Origin: a virus
Virus record (IMG/VR): IMGVR_UViG_3300032285_000709
Location: 1 to 64,000 of that record
DNA: 64,000 nt
Direction: 5' to 3' (one strand)
The notes under the pieces were generated by a model. That model was not told where the DNA came from, did not search any database, and was given only the letters and a program-made list of their open reading frames with translations. Below are positions 1 through 7,312 of this stretch, one piece after another (position 1 is the stretch's first letter; every line of letters begins with the position of its first letter). A program made the translations under genes and the position numbers.

Positions 1-119
1 CAGCAAACAATTTTTCGCTTGCAACGCGAGAGGTTACAGGTTCGAATCCTGTTTTACGATCAAGCCTAAAAAGCAGTCGTGAATAGCACAATTGGTAGTG
101 CGCTATAAAATGTATCCTG
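1..119 (+). ncRNA. CAGCAA-stem RNA element 1 (5' truncated), enclosing a circularly permuted tRNA-Cys(GCA)-like sequence
   Basis: CAGCAA 1-6; anticodon arm 14-30 (GCA at 21-23); T arm 36-52; acceptor 3' strand 53-59; acceptor 5' strand 77-83; D arm 86-101; closing TGTATCCTG 111-119 resembles elements 2 and 3. Confidence 0.75.
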
Positions 120-135
120 TTTTATCCAAAATGTA

Positions 136-164
136 TTGACACAAGTCATTGTTTCATATACAAT
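136..164 (+). promoter_or_regulatory. sigma70-type promoter
   Basis: TTGACA-17 nt-TACAAT. Confidence 0.75.
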
Positions 165-195
165 ATACACATGTTAAGAAATTAACAAGAAGTTT

Positions 196-304
196 TAGGA
201 TCGGTTCAGCAATTTACTATACTTGAAGGTCGGACCGCTCTTCGGAGCACCTCGACGAACTGGTTTGGAGATCCAGTCTAATCAAATCGACAACAACGAT
301 CCTG
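196..304 (+). ncRNA. CAGCAA-stem RNA element 2
   Basis: TAGGATCG-GTTCAGCAA ... CGATCCTG terminal stem; internal GCTC-TTCG-GAGC and ACTGG/CCAGT hairpins. Confidence 0.65.
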
Positions 305-316
305 TTTGAATTTATA

Positions 317-377
317 TAGGTTAAGTTCAGCAATCAATTTTCACGCATATCGAAAACCGCCGTAAGGCATTAACCTG
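317..377 (+). ncRNA. CAGCAA-stem RNA element 3
   Basis: TAGGTTAA-GTTCAGCAA ... TTAACCTG terminal stem; GCC-GTAA-GGC GNRA hairpin; abuts the RBS of the next gene. Confidence 0.65.
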
Positions 378-389
378 AAAGGACACAAA

Positions 390-1793
390 ATGTCAACATT
401 CGTAGAAGCAATCGCAAATCAAGAAGCCCGTACTGCCAATGGCATGAAGGCACGTAAGTCAACAGCTAACAAGGTTGTTGATCTGTTTTACAATATCGGT
501 GCAAGCCGTGGCAAGGATATCGTACCTGCATTCGTAGGTGCGTACACTGAAGACCGCGAACTTGCACTTCGTATCGCACTATGGGCACGTGATGCTCGTG
601 GTGGCGCAGGTGAACGTGAATTGTTCCGTTCAATCCTGAAGCACTTAGAAAAGACCGACATCGATGCGGCCTTTGCTCTGCTTCGTAAGATTCCAGAGCT
701 AGGTCGTTGGGATGACATCTTTGTCTTCACAACTCCAGAGTTGAAGAAGGCCGCATACACAATGCTAGGTGACGCACTTCGTGCTCAAAATGGCTTGGCG
801 GCTAAGTGGACTCCACGTAAGGGTGAAGTAGCACGTGAAATCCGTGAGTTCTTCGGTATGAGCCCAAAGTTCTACCGTAAGAGTTTGGTGGCGTTGACCA
901 AGGTTGTTGAAACACAAATGTGTGCCAAGGACTGGGATAACATCAACTTTAGCCATGTACCATCTGTAGCGGCCAGCCGTTACAAGAAGGCATTCCATCG
1001 TAACACTACAAAGTTCGCTGAGTATGTTGCGAGCCTGGTTAAGGGAGATCCAACTGTAAAGGTAAACGCTTCGGCAATTTACCCTTACGATGTCTTGAAG
1101 GGAGTGAACTACCGTTCATTCGACAAGACAGAAACTGACCACATTGTGGCGCAATGGGAAGCCTTGCCAAACTATGTGGGTAGCGCCAACATCCTACCAA
1201 TGGTAGACGTGAGTGGTTCTATGAGCTGTCCAGCCGGCAAGAACACTTCGGTGACTTGCATGGACGTTGCAGTTTCACTAGGTTTGTACCTAGCAGACAA
1301 GAACACTGGTAAGTTCAAGGATACGTTCTTGACTTTCAGTGACAAGTCTGAACTTGTTACTCTAAAGGGTAACGTAGTTCAAAAGATGGCCCAAATGGTT
1401 AAGTCTGATTGGGACATGAGTACAAACCTACATGCCGCTTTCAACAAGATTCTTGATGTGGCGGTTAAGAATGAAGTGCCTCAAGCAGAAATGCCAGAAA
1501 TGGTTTTGATCTTGAGTGACATGCAATTCAACCAATGCGTTCGTCACGACGACAGCGCGATGGAAATGATCGAACGCAAGTATGCGGCCGCAGGTTACTC
1601 TGTGCCACAAGTTGTGTTCTGGAACTTGAACAGTTCTGACAATGTGCCTGTAAAGGCAGACAAGTCAGGTGCCGCTCTAGTATCTGGGTTCAGCCCAGCT
1701 ATCATGAAGGCCTTGCTTGCCGCAGACATGAGCGAGTTCACACCAGAAGGGATCATGTTAAAGACTGTAATGAGCGATCGTTACAGCTTCTAA
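390..1793 (+). CDS. DUF2828-type TROVE/Ro-like helical protein with C-terminal VWA domain
   Basis: RDARGGAGER, GRWDD and AAKWTPR family motifs; MIDAS DVSGSM and ILSDMQF. Confidence 0.8.
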   Translation: MSTFVEAIANQEARTANGMKARKSTANKVVDLFYNIGASRGKDIVPAFVGAYTEDRELALRIALWARDARGGAGERELFRSILKHLEKTDIDAAFALLRKIPELGRWDDIFVFTTPELKKAAYTMLGDALRAQNGLAAKWTPRKGEVAREIREFFGMSPKFYRKSLVALTKVVETQMCAKDWDNINFSHVPSVAASRYKKAFHRNTTKFAEYVASLVKGDPTVKVNASAIYPYDVLKGVNYRSFDKTETDHIVAQWEALPNYVGSANILPMVDVSGSMSCPAGKNTSVTCMDVAVSLGLYLADKNTGKFKDTFLTFSDKSELVTLKGNVVQKMAQMVKSDWDMSTNLHAAFNKILDVAVKNEVPQAEMPEMVLILSDMQFNQCVRHDDSAMEMIERKYAAAGYSVPQVVFWNLNSSDNVPVKADKSGAALVSGFSPAIMKALLAADMSEFTPEGIMLKTVMSDRYSF

Positions 1794-1837
1794 GTACAGT
1801 TTAGTTGGGTGTACTGCAAACACCCACACCTTATTCC

Positions 1838-1869
1838 AAAAGACTGTTACATAAAAACAACAGTCTTTT
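1838..1869 (+). terminator. probable intrinsic terminator
   Basis: AAAAGACTGTT / AACAGTCTTTT inverted repeat with T-rich tail. Confidence 0.5.
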
Positions 1870-1878
1870 ATTTTATAG

Positions 1879-1907
1879 TTGACAGGTAAAACCATTGATA
1901 GTATACT
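1879..1907 (+). promoter_or_regulatory. sigma70-type promoter
   Basis: TTGACA-17-TATACT. Confidence 0.7.
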
Positions 1908-1936
1908 ATTAGTATAGAAGCAAAAAAAGGTAGCAA

Positions 1937-2338
1937 ATGGAATTTCATGTTGAAGCAAGCCCAAAACTAAAACAATATATAGAACTGCTATTGCCGTCTA
2001 TGATTGAACAATTAGGGTTAACCAAAAGTAAAAAGTTACTAATGGTTAAAGTGGACAAAGAATTGGAAGATCTTGGTACGACAGTTCCGCTGGTTGGAGT
2101 TGATACTTACCTAGTAGTTCTTCGTCCAGTAACTGATAAATTTGCGTTAGGGGTAACTTTAGCACATGAACTGACTCATGTAGCACAAATGGCCAAAGGC
2201 ATACTAAAGATTACCAAAAACGGCAAGAAATGGAAAGGTAAGTTTTACAATAGAAATCATCCGTATCTTTTCCAACCTTGGGAAGTACAGGCTTTTTCTA
2301 AACAAGAACTTGTTTTTCGTAGAGCAATTGAACTTTAA
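1937..2338 (+). CDS. putative zincin-like metallopeptidase
   Basis: LAHELTHVAQ (HExxH) followed by PWEVQA. Confidence 0.55.
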   Translation: MEFHVEASPKLKQYIELLLPSMIEQLGLTKSKKLLMVKVDKELEDLGTTVPLVGVDTYLVVLRPVTDKFALGVTLAHELTHVAQMAKGILKITKNGKKWKGKFYNRNHPYLFQPWEVQAFSKQELVFRRAIEL

Positions 2339-2356
2339 TTAAGAAAGGAGCAACAG

Positions 2357-2938
2357 ATGTCAAACGTATTTGTAACAAGTGATACACACTTCGGTCACGC
2401 TGGCGTCTGTGTGTTCACAAAAGACGACGGTTCGAAACTTAGACCATGGACCAGTGCCGACGAAATGGACGAAGACATGGTCGAACGCTGGAACGCTGTA
2501 GTCAGGCCCGAAGACAAGGTATACCATTTAGGTGACGTTGTTATCAACCGTAAGGCCTTAAATGTTTTACGCAGATTAAATGGCCGCAAGGTCTTAATCA
2601 AAGGAAACCATGATATCTTTAAGTTAAGCGACTATGTCGAACACTTTAAGGACATTAGGGCCTATCATGTAATGGACGGTATGATCTTTAGTCATATCCC
2701 AATGCACGTTGAAAGTTTAGCCAGATTTGGTTGCAACGTTCACGGGCATTTACATGCTAACAGAGTAATGCGAGTCAAGCATACAGGTGCTACACCTGAA
2801 ATTGATCCACGTTACTTTAGTGCCTGCGTAGAGCATCATGATTTTGCACCCGTGGCTTTTGAAGATATGGTTGCGCAAATTAAGGCTCAAGGTGGAGAAA
2901 TTAGTTTCCGTAACGGAAATTTTAAAGGAGCAGACTAA
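2357..2938 (+). CDS. calcineurin-like metallophosphoesterase
   Basis: SDTHFGH, HLGD, GNHD, SHIP and HGHLH motifs. Confidence 0.9.
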   Translation: MSNVFVTSDTHFGHAGVCVFTKDDGSKLRPWTSADEMDEDMVERWNAVVRPEDKVYHLGDVVINRKALNVLRRLNGRKVLIKGNHDIFKLSDYVEHFKDIRAYHVMDGMIFSHIPMHVESLARFGCNVHGHLHANRVMRVKHTGATPEIDPRYFSACVEHHDFAPVAFEDMVAQIKAQGGEISFRNGNFKGAD

Positions 2939-3429
2939 TGTGGATACAAAATGTAGCATTAAGTGACATCAAAAAAGGATTCCACATTGACGCAGGCATC
3001 AACAGTATGTTAATTCAAATTGTTGATCCGGCAATGGAGTTTCCTGTTCCTAAGCACGAGTTCAAAGAGACTCACCAATTTGAGTTTCTTGACCTTGAAA
3101 AGGATGACATGCCCGATGCCGAGGAATTTAAAATAACTGATGACCAAGCCAAAGAGCTTGTGCAACTTTTACAACACGCTCACGACAATCGCATGAATGT
3201 CATTGTACATTGTGTGGCAGGCGTTTGTCGTAGCGGTGCTGTATGCGAAGTAGGAGTAATGATGGGATTCGATGACACTGAAGTGTTCCGTAGCCCTAAC
3301 TTGCTCGTAAAGCACAAGATGATGAAAGCCTTGGGTTGGACCTATGACGAGAATGAGCATCACACTATCAACGGTGTGATGCTCGATTCTGGTCTAATTG
3401 TTCCTAAAAATTATGAAGGTGATATTTAA
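2938..3429 (+). CDS. Cys-based (PTP/dual-specificity-like) phosphatase
   Basis: VHCVAGVCRS = HCxxGxxRS loop. Confidence 0.8.
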   Translation: MWIQNVALSDIKKGFHIDAGINSMLIQIVDPAMEFPVPKHEFKETHQFEFLDLEKDDMPDAEEFKITDDQAKELVQLLQHAHDNRMNVIVHCVAGVCRSGAVCEVGVMMGFDDTEVFRSPNLLVKHKMMKALGWTYDENEHHTINGVMLDSGLIVPKNYEGDI

Positions 3430-3890
3430 TGCCTAAGTGTTATCAATTGATTGGAGTGCCTGGTTCTGGCAAAAGTACTTGGATTAAAAATCAAGACTGG
3501 ATGTTAGGGCTAACCGTAGTTTCAACAGATGCTTTTGTAGAGGACTATGCACGGGCTCAAGGTAAGACTTATTCAGAAGTGTTTAAGGATTACATGCCTA
3601 AGGCAGTTGAGCTAATGGCCCAACAAGTAGTATTTGCCCGTGAACATGGGCATACTATTATTTGGGATCAAACCAGTACTACTATCCAAAGTCGCACTCG
3701 TAAGTTTAACATGTTGCCAGACTATGAACACATTGCCATAGTTTTTAGTACTCCACCAATTGAAGAATTAAATAGAAGGTTAGCAAGTCGTCCGGGCAAA
3801 ATTATCCCTCCTGAAGTTGTACAAGGTATGTTGGACAATTTTGAGATGCCTGATGAAACCGAAGGCTTTGCAGAAATATGGCGAGTATAG
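3429..3890 (+). CDS. P-loop kinase, polynucleotide-kinase-like (AAA_33)
   Basis: GVPGSGKST, STD, IIWDQT and RxxxR lid motif. Confidence 0.8.
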   Translation: MPKCYQLIGVPGSGKSTWIKNQDWMLGLTVVSTDAFVEDYARAQGKTYSEVFKDYMPKAVELMAQQVVFAREHGHTIIWDQTSTTIQSRTRKFNMLPDYEHIAIVFSTPPIEELNRRLASRPGKIIPPEVVQGMLDNFEMPDETEGFAEIWRV

Positions 3891-3915
3891 TATAATATAA
3901 ACTAGAAAGAATTTT

Positions 3916-3999
3916 GCGAGTGTGGTGTAATGGTAGCCACAGGAGACTTAAAATCTCCCGTCTTCGGGCGTGCCGGTTCGACTCCGGCCACTCGCACCA
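3916..3999 (+). tRNA. tRNA-Leu(TAA)
   Basis: GCGAGTG/CACTCGC acceptor, CTTAAAA loop, long variable arm, TTCGACT, encoded CCA. Confidence 0.95.
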
Positions 4000-4003
4000 A
4001 AAA

Positions 4004-4205
4004 CCCGGTTTACTCTTTTACGTTATAATAAGAGCGTCCCTGAAACGATAGAACAGGGGGTACACTAGGACCTGACCTTACAGTCCCTCTTTAGGGGATC
4101 CTGAAAACTGCCTAGGGTGGAGAACTACACTCCTTCCAGAAGACAAAAACGTGTGGACAGGGTAACAACTCAGTCTAGGGCTCATGTGGTGTGAGTGGCT
4201 AGACA
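4004..4205 (+). ncRNA. unclassified structured RNA between tRNAs
   Basis: No credible sense ORF; serial hairpins CTCTT/AAGAG, CCCTG/CAGGG, CTAGG/CCTAG, TCCC/GGGA and GTCTAG/CTAGAC. Confidence 0.45.
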
Positions 4206-4215
4206 CTTTATAAAT

Positions 4216-4333
4216 GCTTTCTGTAGCTGAACTACACTTGAGAACACGAACCTTTTTCGATTCTAGAAAGAACAAGGAGTGCAAGGAAGATGCGGGGTTT
4301 GGCAGGTACCGTTCGACTCGGACAGAGAGCACC
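4216..4333 (+). ncRNA. tRNA-like RNA with extended acceptor stem and non-canonical interior
   Basis: GCTTTCTG/CAGAGAGC then ACC; CCG-TTCGACT-CGG T-loop; TAGC after the 5' strand; no canonical anticodon arm. Confidence 0.5.
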
Positions 4334-4341
4334 TATAAAGT

Positions 4342-4415
4342 GCGGGATTAGTTTAATGGTAAAACAGCAGATTTCCAATCTTCGGTCGGGGGTTCGATTC
4401 CCCCATCCCGCTCCA
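4342..4415 (+). tRNA. tRNA-Gly(TCC)
   Basis: GCGGGAT/ATCCCGC acceptor, TTTCCAA loop, GGGGG-TTCGATT-CCCCC, T73 plus CCA. Confidence 0.93.
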
Positions 4416-4443
4416 TTTTAATAGCAGACAGATAAATAATTAT

Positions 4444-4896
4444 ATGCTAACATTTATCACAGACATTGCCAGTCCTTTACTACAGTTTATCAAGGATGAT
4501 CCAGTACGTCCTGAAATTCCTGCAGAGTTTCGTGTTAGCAATAACAGATTTGTTAGCAGTATTGTTGACGGAGAAGATCCTAAAGCAATGGTCTGTGTAA
4601 GTCTTTGCGATCAAGTTCCTGCTTCTGTAGCAGAGCTTGCACAAGATGCTCTAGCACCTACAACAGCAATCTTTTACACTATTTGGAGTTATGCTCCGGG
4701 TGCTGGAAAAGACCTATTACTACAAACAGTAGAAGAAATCAAACAGCAGTTTCCAAATGTTACTCGTTTTGTAACACTAAGTCCTAAGTCGGAAATGGCA
4801 AAACGATTCCATCTTAAGAATGGTGCTGAGATTTTTAGAGAAAACGAAGATACTATAAACTACGAATACAAAGTTTTACAGTCTGACGCCGCTTAG
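4444..4896 (+). CDS. GNAT-fold protein resembling the malonyl-CoA decarboxylase catalytic domain
   Basis: AIFYTIWS...GAG...FPNVTRFVTLSP resembles the MCD motifs AIFYSI...FP...TFxTLSP. Confidence 0.4.
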   Translation: MLTFITDIASPLLQFIKDDPVRPEIPAEFRVSNNRFVSSIVDGEDPKAMVCVSLCDQVPASVAELAQDALAPTTAIFYTIWSYAPGAGKDLLLQTVEEIKQQFPNVTRFVTLSPKSEMAKRFHLKNGAEIFRENEDTINYEYKVLQSDAA

Positions 4897-5505
4897 ACTT
4901 TCTGCGTGTCCAACGTAGCCCCTAATCATTATATTGAATGAGAGTGAAATTCTATTATTTTCACTCTCATTTTTTTTGACCCCATGTACCATAGGACTTA
5001 ACCAAAGCATGAGTTCGCTAGGATTAGGAGTAACATAGATACAGTTCTTGCTGATCATGCTTACAGGGTTTTGATTGGCTTCATCTACGTTAGGTACAAA
5101 CTGAAATGTATTGGGATTGTGGAATACTATAGGGCTTTGCTCAACACCAAACGGGTAATATGTACCGCTGATGATACTATTAGTATGTCTATGGATATGA
5201 TGGTGCTGGCCCGGTACAGTAACATTAATCCAGCTTTGGGTTAGCTCTATTTCAATATCTTGGTAGGCAAGAACGTCACGAGCATAAAAATTAACATGTT
5301 CAAGGATATCGTCTTTAAGCGATTTTAACTCTGGGCGTTCTAGAATATCGATAGCGTTGTGTATTAGGTTTCCCTGGTTATCACGCAAAGGTTCATTCTG
5401 CACAATAGTTAAAAGTGCTTGGTTAACATCCTGTTTGTCTTCAAGCATATGGCGCATTAATGGCCAAGCAAACAGTGGAAAAAGGCCGATATCTTTTGTG
5501 TTCAT
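4876..5505 (-). CDS. 2OG-Fe(II) oxygenase (TIGR02466-like)
   Basis: SWIN, HxH-NS, HGV and RISLSFN motifs; start could be 5505 or 5514. Confidence 0.85.
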   Translation of the reverse strand: MNTKDIGLFPLFAWPLMRHMLEDKQDVNQALLTIVQNEPLRDNQGNLIHNAIDILERPELKSLKDDILEHVNFYARDVLAYQDIEIELTQSWINVTVPGQHHHIHRHTNSIISGTYYPFGVEQSPIVFHNPNTFQFVPNVDEANQNPVSMISKNCIYVTPNPSELMLWLSPMVHGVKKNESENNRISLSFNIMIRGYVGHAESLSGVRL

Positions 5506-5564
5506 AGTAGACATATTTAAAATACTATGTTATAATAACAAGCAAATATGAAAGAGGTCAATAT

Positions 5565-6449
5565 ATGATTGTAGTTACAGGTGGTGGTGGTTTTATCGGT
5601 AGTGCCATGGTTGGATATTTAAATAGTATTGGTCGTGCTGATGTGATGGTTATCGATAATATGCCACACGCCGAACAATATAAAAATCTTGTAGGTAAGA
5701 CTTTTTCTATTATGGAAGAAAGCGAACTTGACCTGCTGAGCCATTATAGGCTGGGCGATATTGAAGCAGTTATACATCTAGGTGCTATTACAAATACCCT
5801 TCACAATGATTGGAATTCAATTTATAAACAGAACATACAACCTACTAGAAGGCTGGCGGGCTTGTGCAGTGAATTACGCATACCAATGGTTTATGCAAGT
5901 TCGGCGGCAGTATATGGCAACGGTAACGGTCCTCTAAATCAATATGCTATGAGCAAGCACCTTAGCGAAAGAGAAATAAAAGATCGTGCGGCCTGTTTGA
6001 GATTCTTCAACGTATACGGTCCTAATGAATATCACAAAGGACGTATGGCATCAACAGTACTGAACTGGTTCAATCAGATACATGAAACTGGCAGTATTAA
6101 GATATTTGAGGACAGCGATCAATACTATCGGGACTTTATCTATGTTGAGGATGTATGCCGTGCAGTATGGCATATGGTTGAAAATTTTAAGCCCGGTGTT
6201 TATGACCTAGGTACAGGCAAGAGCGTTAACTTCGAGCGTGTTGCAAAGGAGTTAGCCAAGCATGTTGATCAAGAAGTATACTTTGATTATATTCCTATGC
6301 CGGCTGATCTTAAGGCACAATACCAAACAGATACAAAAGCCGATACAACAGCGTTAGCCGCAACTGGGTTTGATATCGATTTATGTAGGTCAGTAGCGGA
6401 AGGTGTTGAAGATTATGTAACTTATTTAAAAGGACATCACTACCTATGA
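5565..6449 (+). CDS. hldD: ADP-L-glycero-D-manno-heptose 6-epimerase-like NAD-dependent epimerase
   Basis: MIVVTGGGGFIGS, YASSAAVYG, YxxSK, RFFNVYGPNEYHKGRMAS, RDFIYVED, YQxxTxAD. Confidence 0.85.
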   Translation: MIVVTGGGGFIGSAMVGYLNSIGRADVMVIDNMPHAEQYKNLVGKTFSIMEESELDLLSHYRLGDIEAVIHLGAITNTLHNDWNSIYKQNIQPTRRLAGLCSELRIPMVYASSAAVYGNGNGPLNQYAMSKHLSEREIKDRAACLRFFNVYGPNEYHKGRMASTVLNWFNQIHETGSIKIFEDSDQYYRDFIYVEDVCRAVWHMVENFKPGVYDLGTGKSVNFERVAKELAKHVDQEVYFDYIPMPADLKAQYQTDTKADTTALAATGFDIDLCRSVAEGVEDYVTYLKGHHYL

Positions 6450-7045
6450 TAGGCGAAATATACGTATTAGATGATGTGATATCGCCGGGGTATCAAGATC
6501 TTGTAGAAAGAGAACTAATGAGTAAAAATGCTCCGTGGCATTTTCAGCGAGATATTGCACTCGATGTTGATGATCCTAATGCAAAATTAAATGGCCGCAC
6601 TCCTGGACTTAGTCATGTATTTTTTGATGTAGACTCAGGTGGCATTCGAAGCCCTATGATGCACTACATGACTATGCCAATTATGTTCGAAGCGGTCCAT
6701 AGGATAGGTTATAATGCACAAGGACTTATCCAAAGTCGTAGTTTTATGCATTTTCCAATCGCCGATAAACTTCGGAAACCTTACGACAACGTCCATGTTG
6801 ATTACGGCATCGAACATTTGGTTTGTCTTTATTATGTAAACGAAACAGATGGCGATACAATTATATTCGATAAGAAATTTAATAAACAGGACCCAAATCC
6901 AGATTTTTCCAAAATAAATTTAAAGATAAAAGATCGCATTACGCCCAAGAAAGGTAGATGCATATTGTTTGACGGAGATTGGTACCACAGCAGTTCAGGC
7001 CCTACAGAGGACGTTCGCTGTATTATTAACTTTGATGTCGTTTGA
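6446..7045 (+). CDS. 2OG-Fe(II) oxygenase
   Basis: HVD, LYYVNETDGDT, FDGxxYHSS, RCIINF. Confidence 0.8.
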   Translation: MIGEIYVLDDVISPGYQDLVERELMSKNAPWHFQRDIALDVDDPNAKLNGRTPGLSHVFFDVDSGGIRSPMMHYMTMPIMFEAVHRIGYNAQGLIQSRSFMHFPIADKLRKPYDNVHVDYGIEHLVCLYYVNETDGDTIIFDKKFNKQDPNPDFSKINLKIKDRITPKKGRCILFDGDWYHSSSGPTEDVRCIINFDVV

Positions 7046-7057
7046 ACGATATTATTC

Positions 7058-7086
7058 TTGCATGATTTTCGTATATCTGCTATAAT
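7058..7086 (+). promoter_or_regulatory. sigma70-type promoter of the tRNA-like RNA
   Basis: TTGCAT-17-TATAAT; predicted +1 near 7093. Confidence 0.6.
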
Positions 7087-7092
7087 TACATA

Positions 7093-7194
7093 GCGGCTGT
7101 AAGCAAATTAGCAAAGCTCTCACCATATATGGTGCAGGATAGGGCAACGACTTAGTCATCGCTCTTGGTGGTTCGAATCCACCCAGCCGCACCA
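7093..7194 (+). ncRNA. aberrant tRNA-like RNA (Leu-like frame, no canonical anticodon loop)
   Basis: Perfect GCGGCTG/CAGCCGC acceptor plus A-CCA; GGTGG-TTCGAAT-CCACC; D-like AGC/GCT; central CACCA-TATA-TGGTG and a long extra arm. Confidence 0.7.
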
Positions 7195-7219
7195 TATTCC
7201 TATAGTAAATAGTTCCATA

Positions 7220-7295
7220 GCCCCTTTAGCTCATCTGGTAGAGCAACTGATTTGTAATCAGTAGGTGGTCTGTTCGAGTCGGACAAGGGGCACCA
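7220..7295 (+). tRNA. tRNA-Thr(TGT)
   Basis: GCCCCTT/AAGGGGC acceptor, ACTGA-TTTGTAA-TCAGT, CCA. Confidence 0.95.
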
Positions 7296-7312
7296 ATAAT
7301 AAAAAGGATTAT

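Noticed and set aside
13-29. Reading the permuted anticodon loop as Ala(TGC)
   Set aside because: That register (loop CTTGCAA) gives only 2 stem pairs; the GCA register gives 5 and agrees with U73.
1-377. CRISPR array interpretation of the GTTCAGCAA repeats
   Set aside because: The conserved part is only about 9 nt, spacing is irregular, interiors are structured, and no cas genes are present.
4078-4332. 84-aa minus-strand ORF
   Set aside because: Antisense to structured and tRNA-like RNAs; no recognisable protein features.
4004-4333. tmRNA or RNase P RNA
   Set aside because: No GGGG 5' end with G3-U70 acceptor, no tag ORF recognised, and no GAGGAAAGTCC core.
7265-7312. Track start of the methyltransferase
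   Set aside because: Lies inside tRNA-Thr; ATG 7313 has an RBS.
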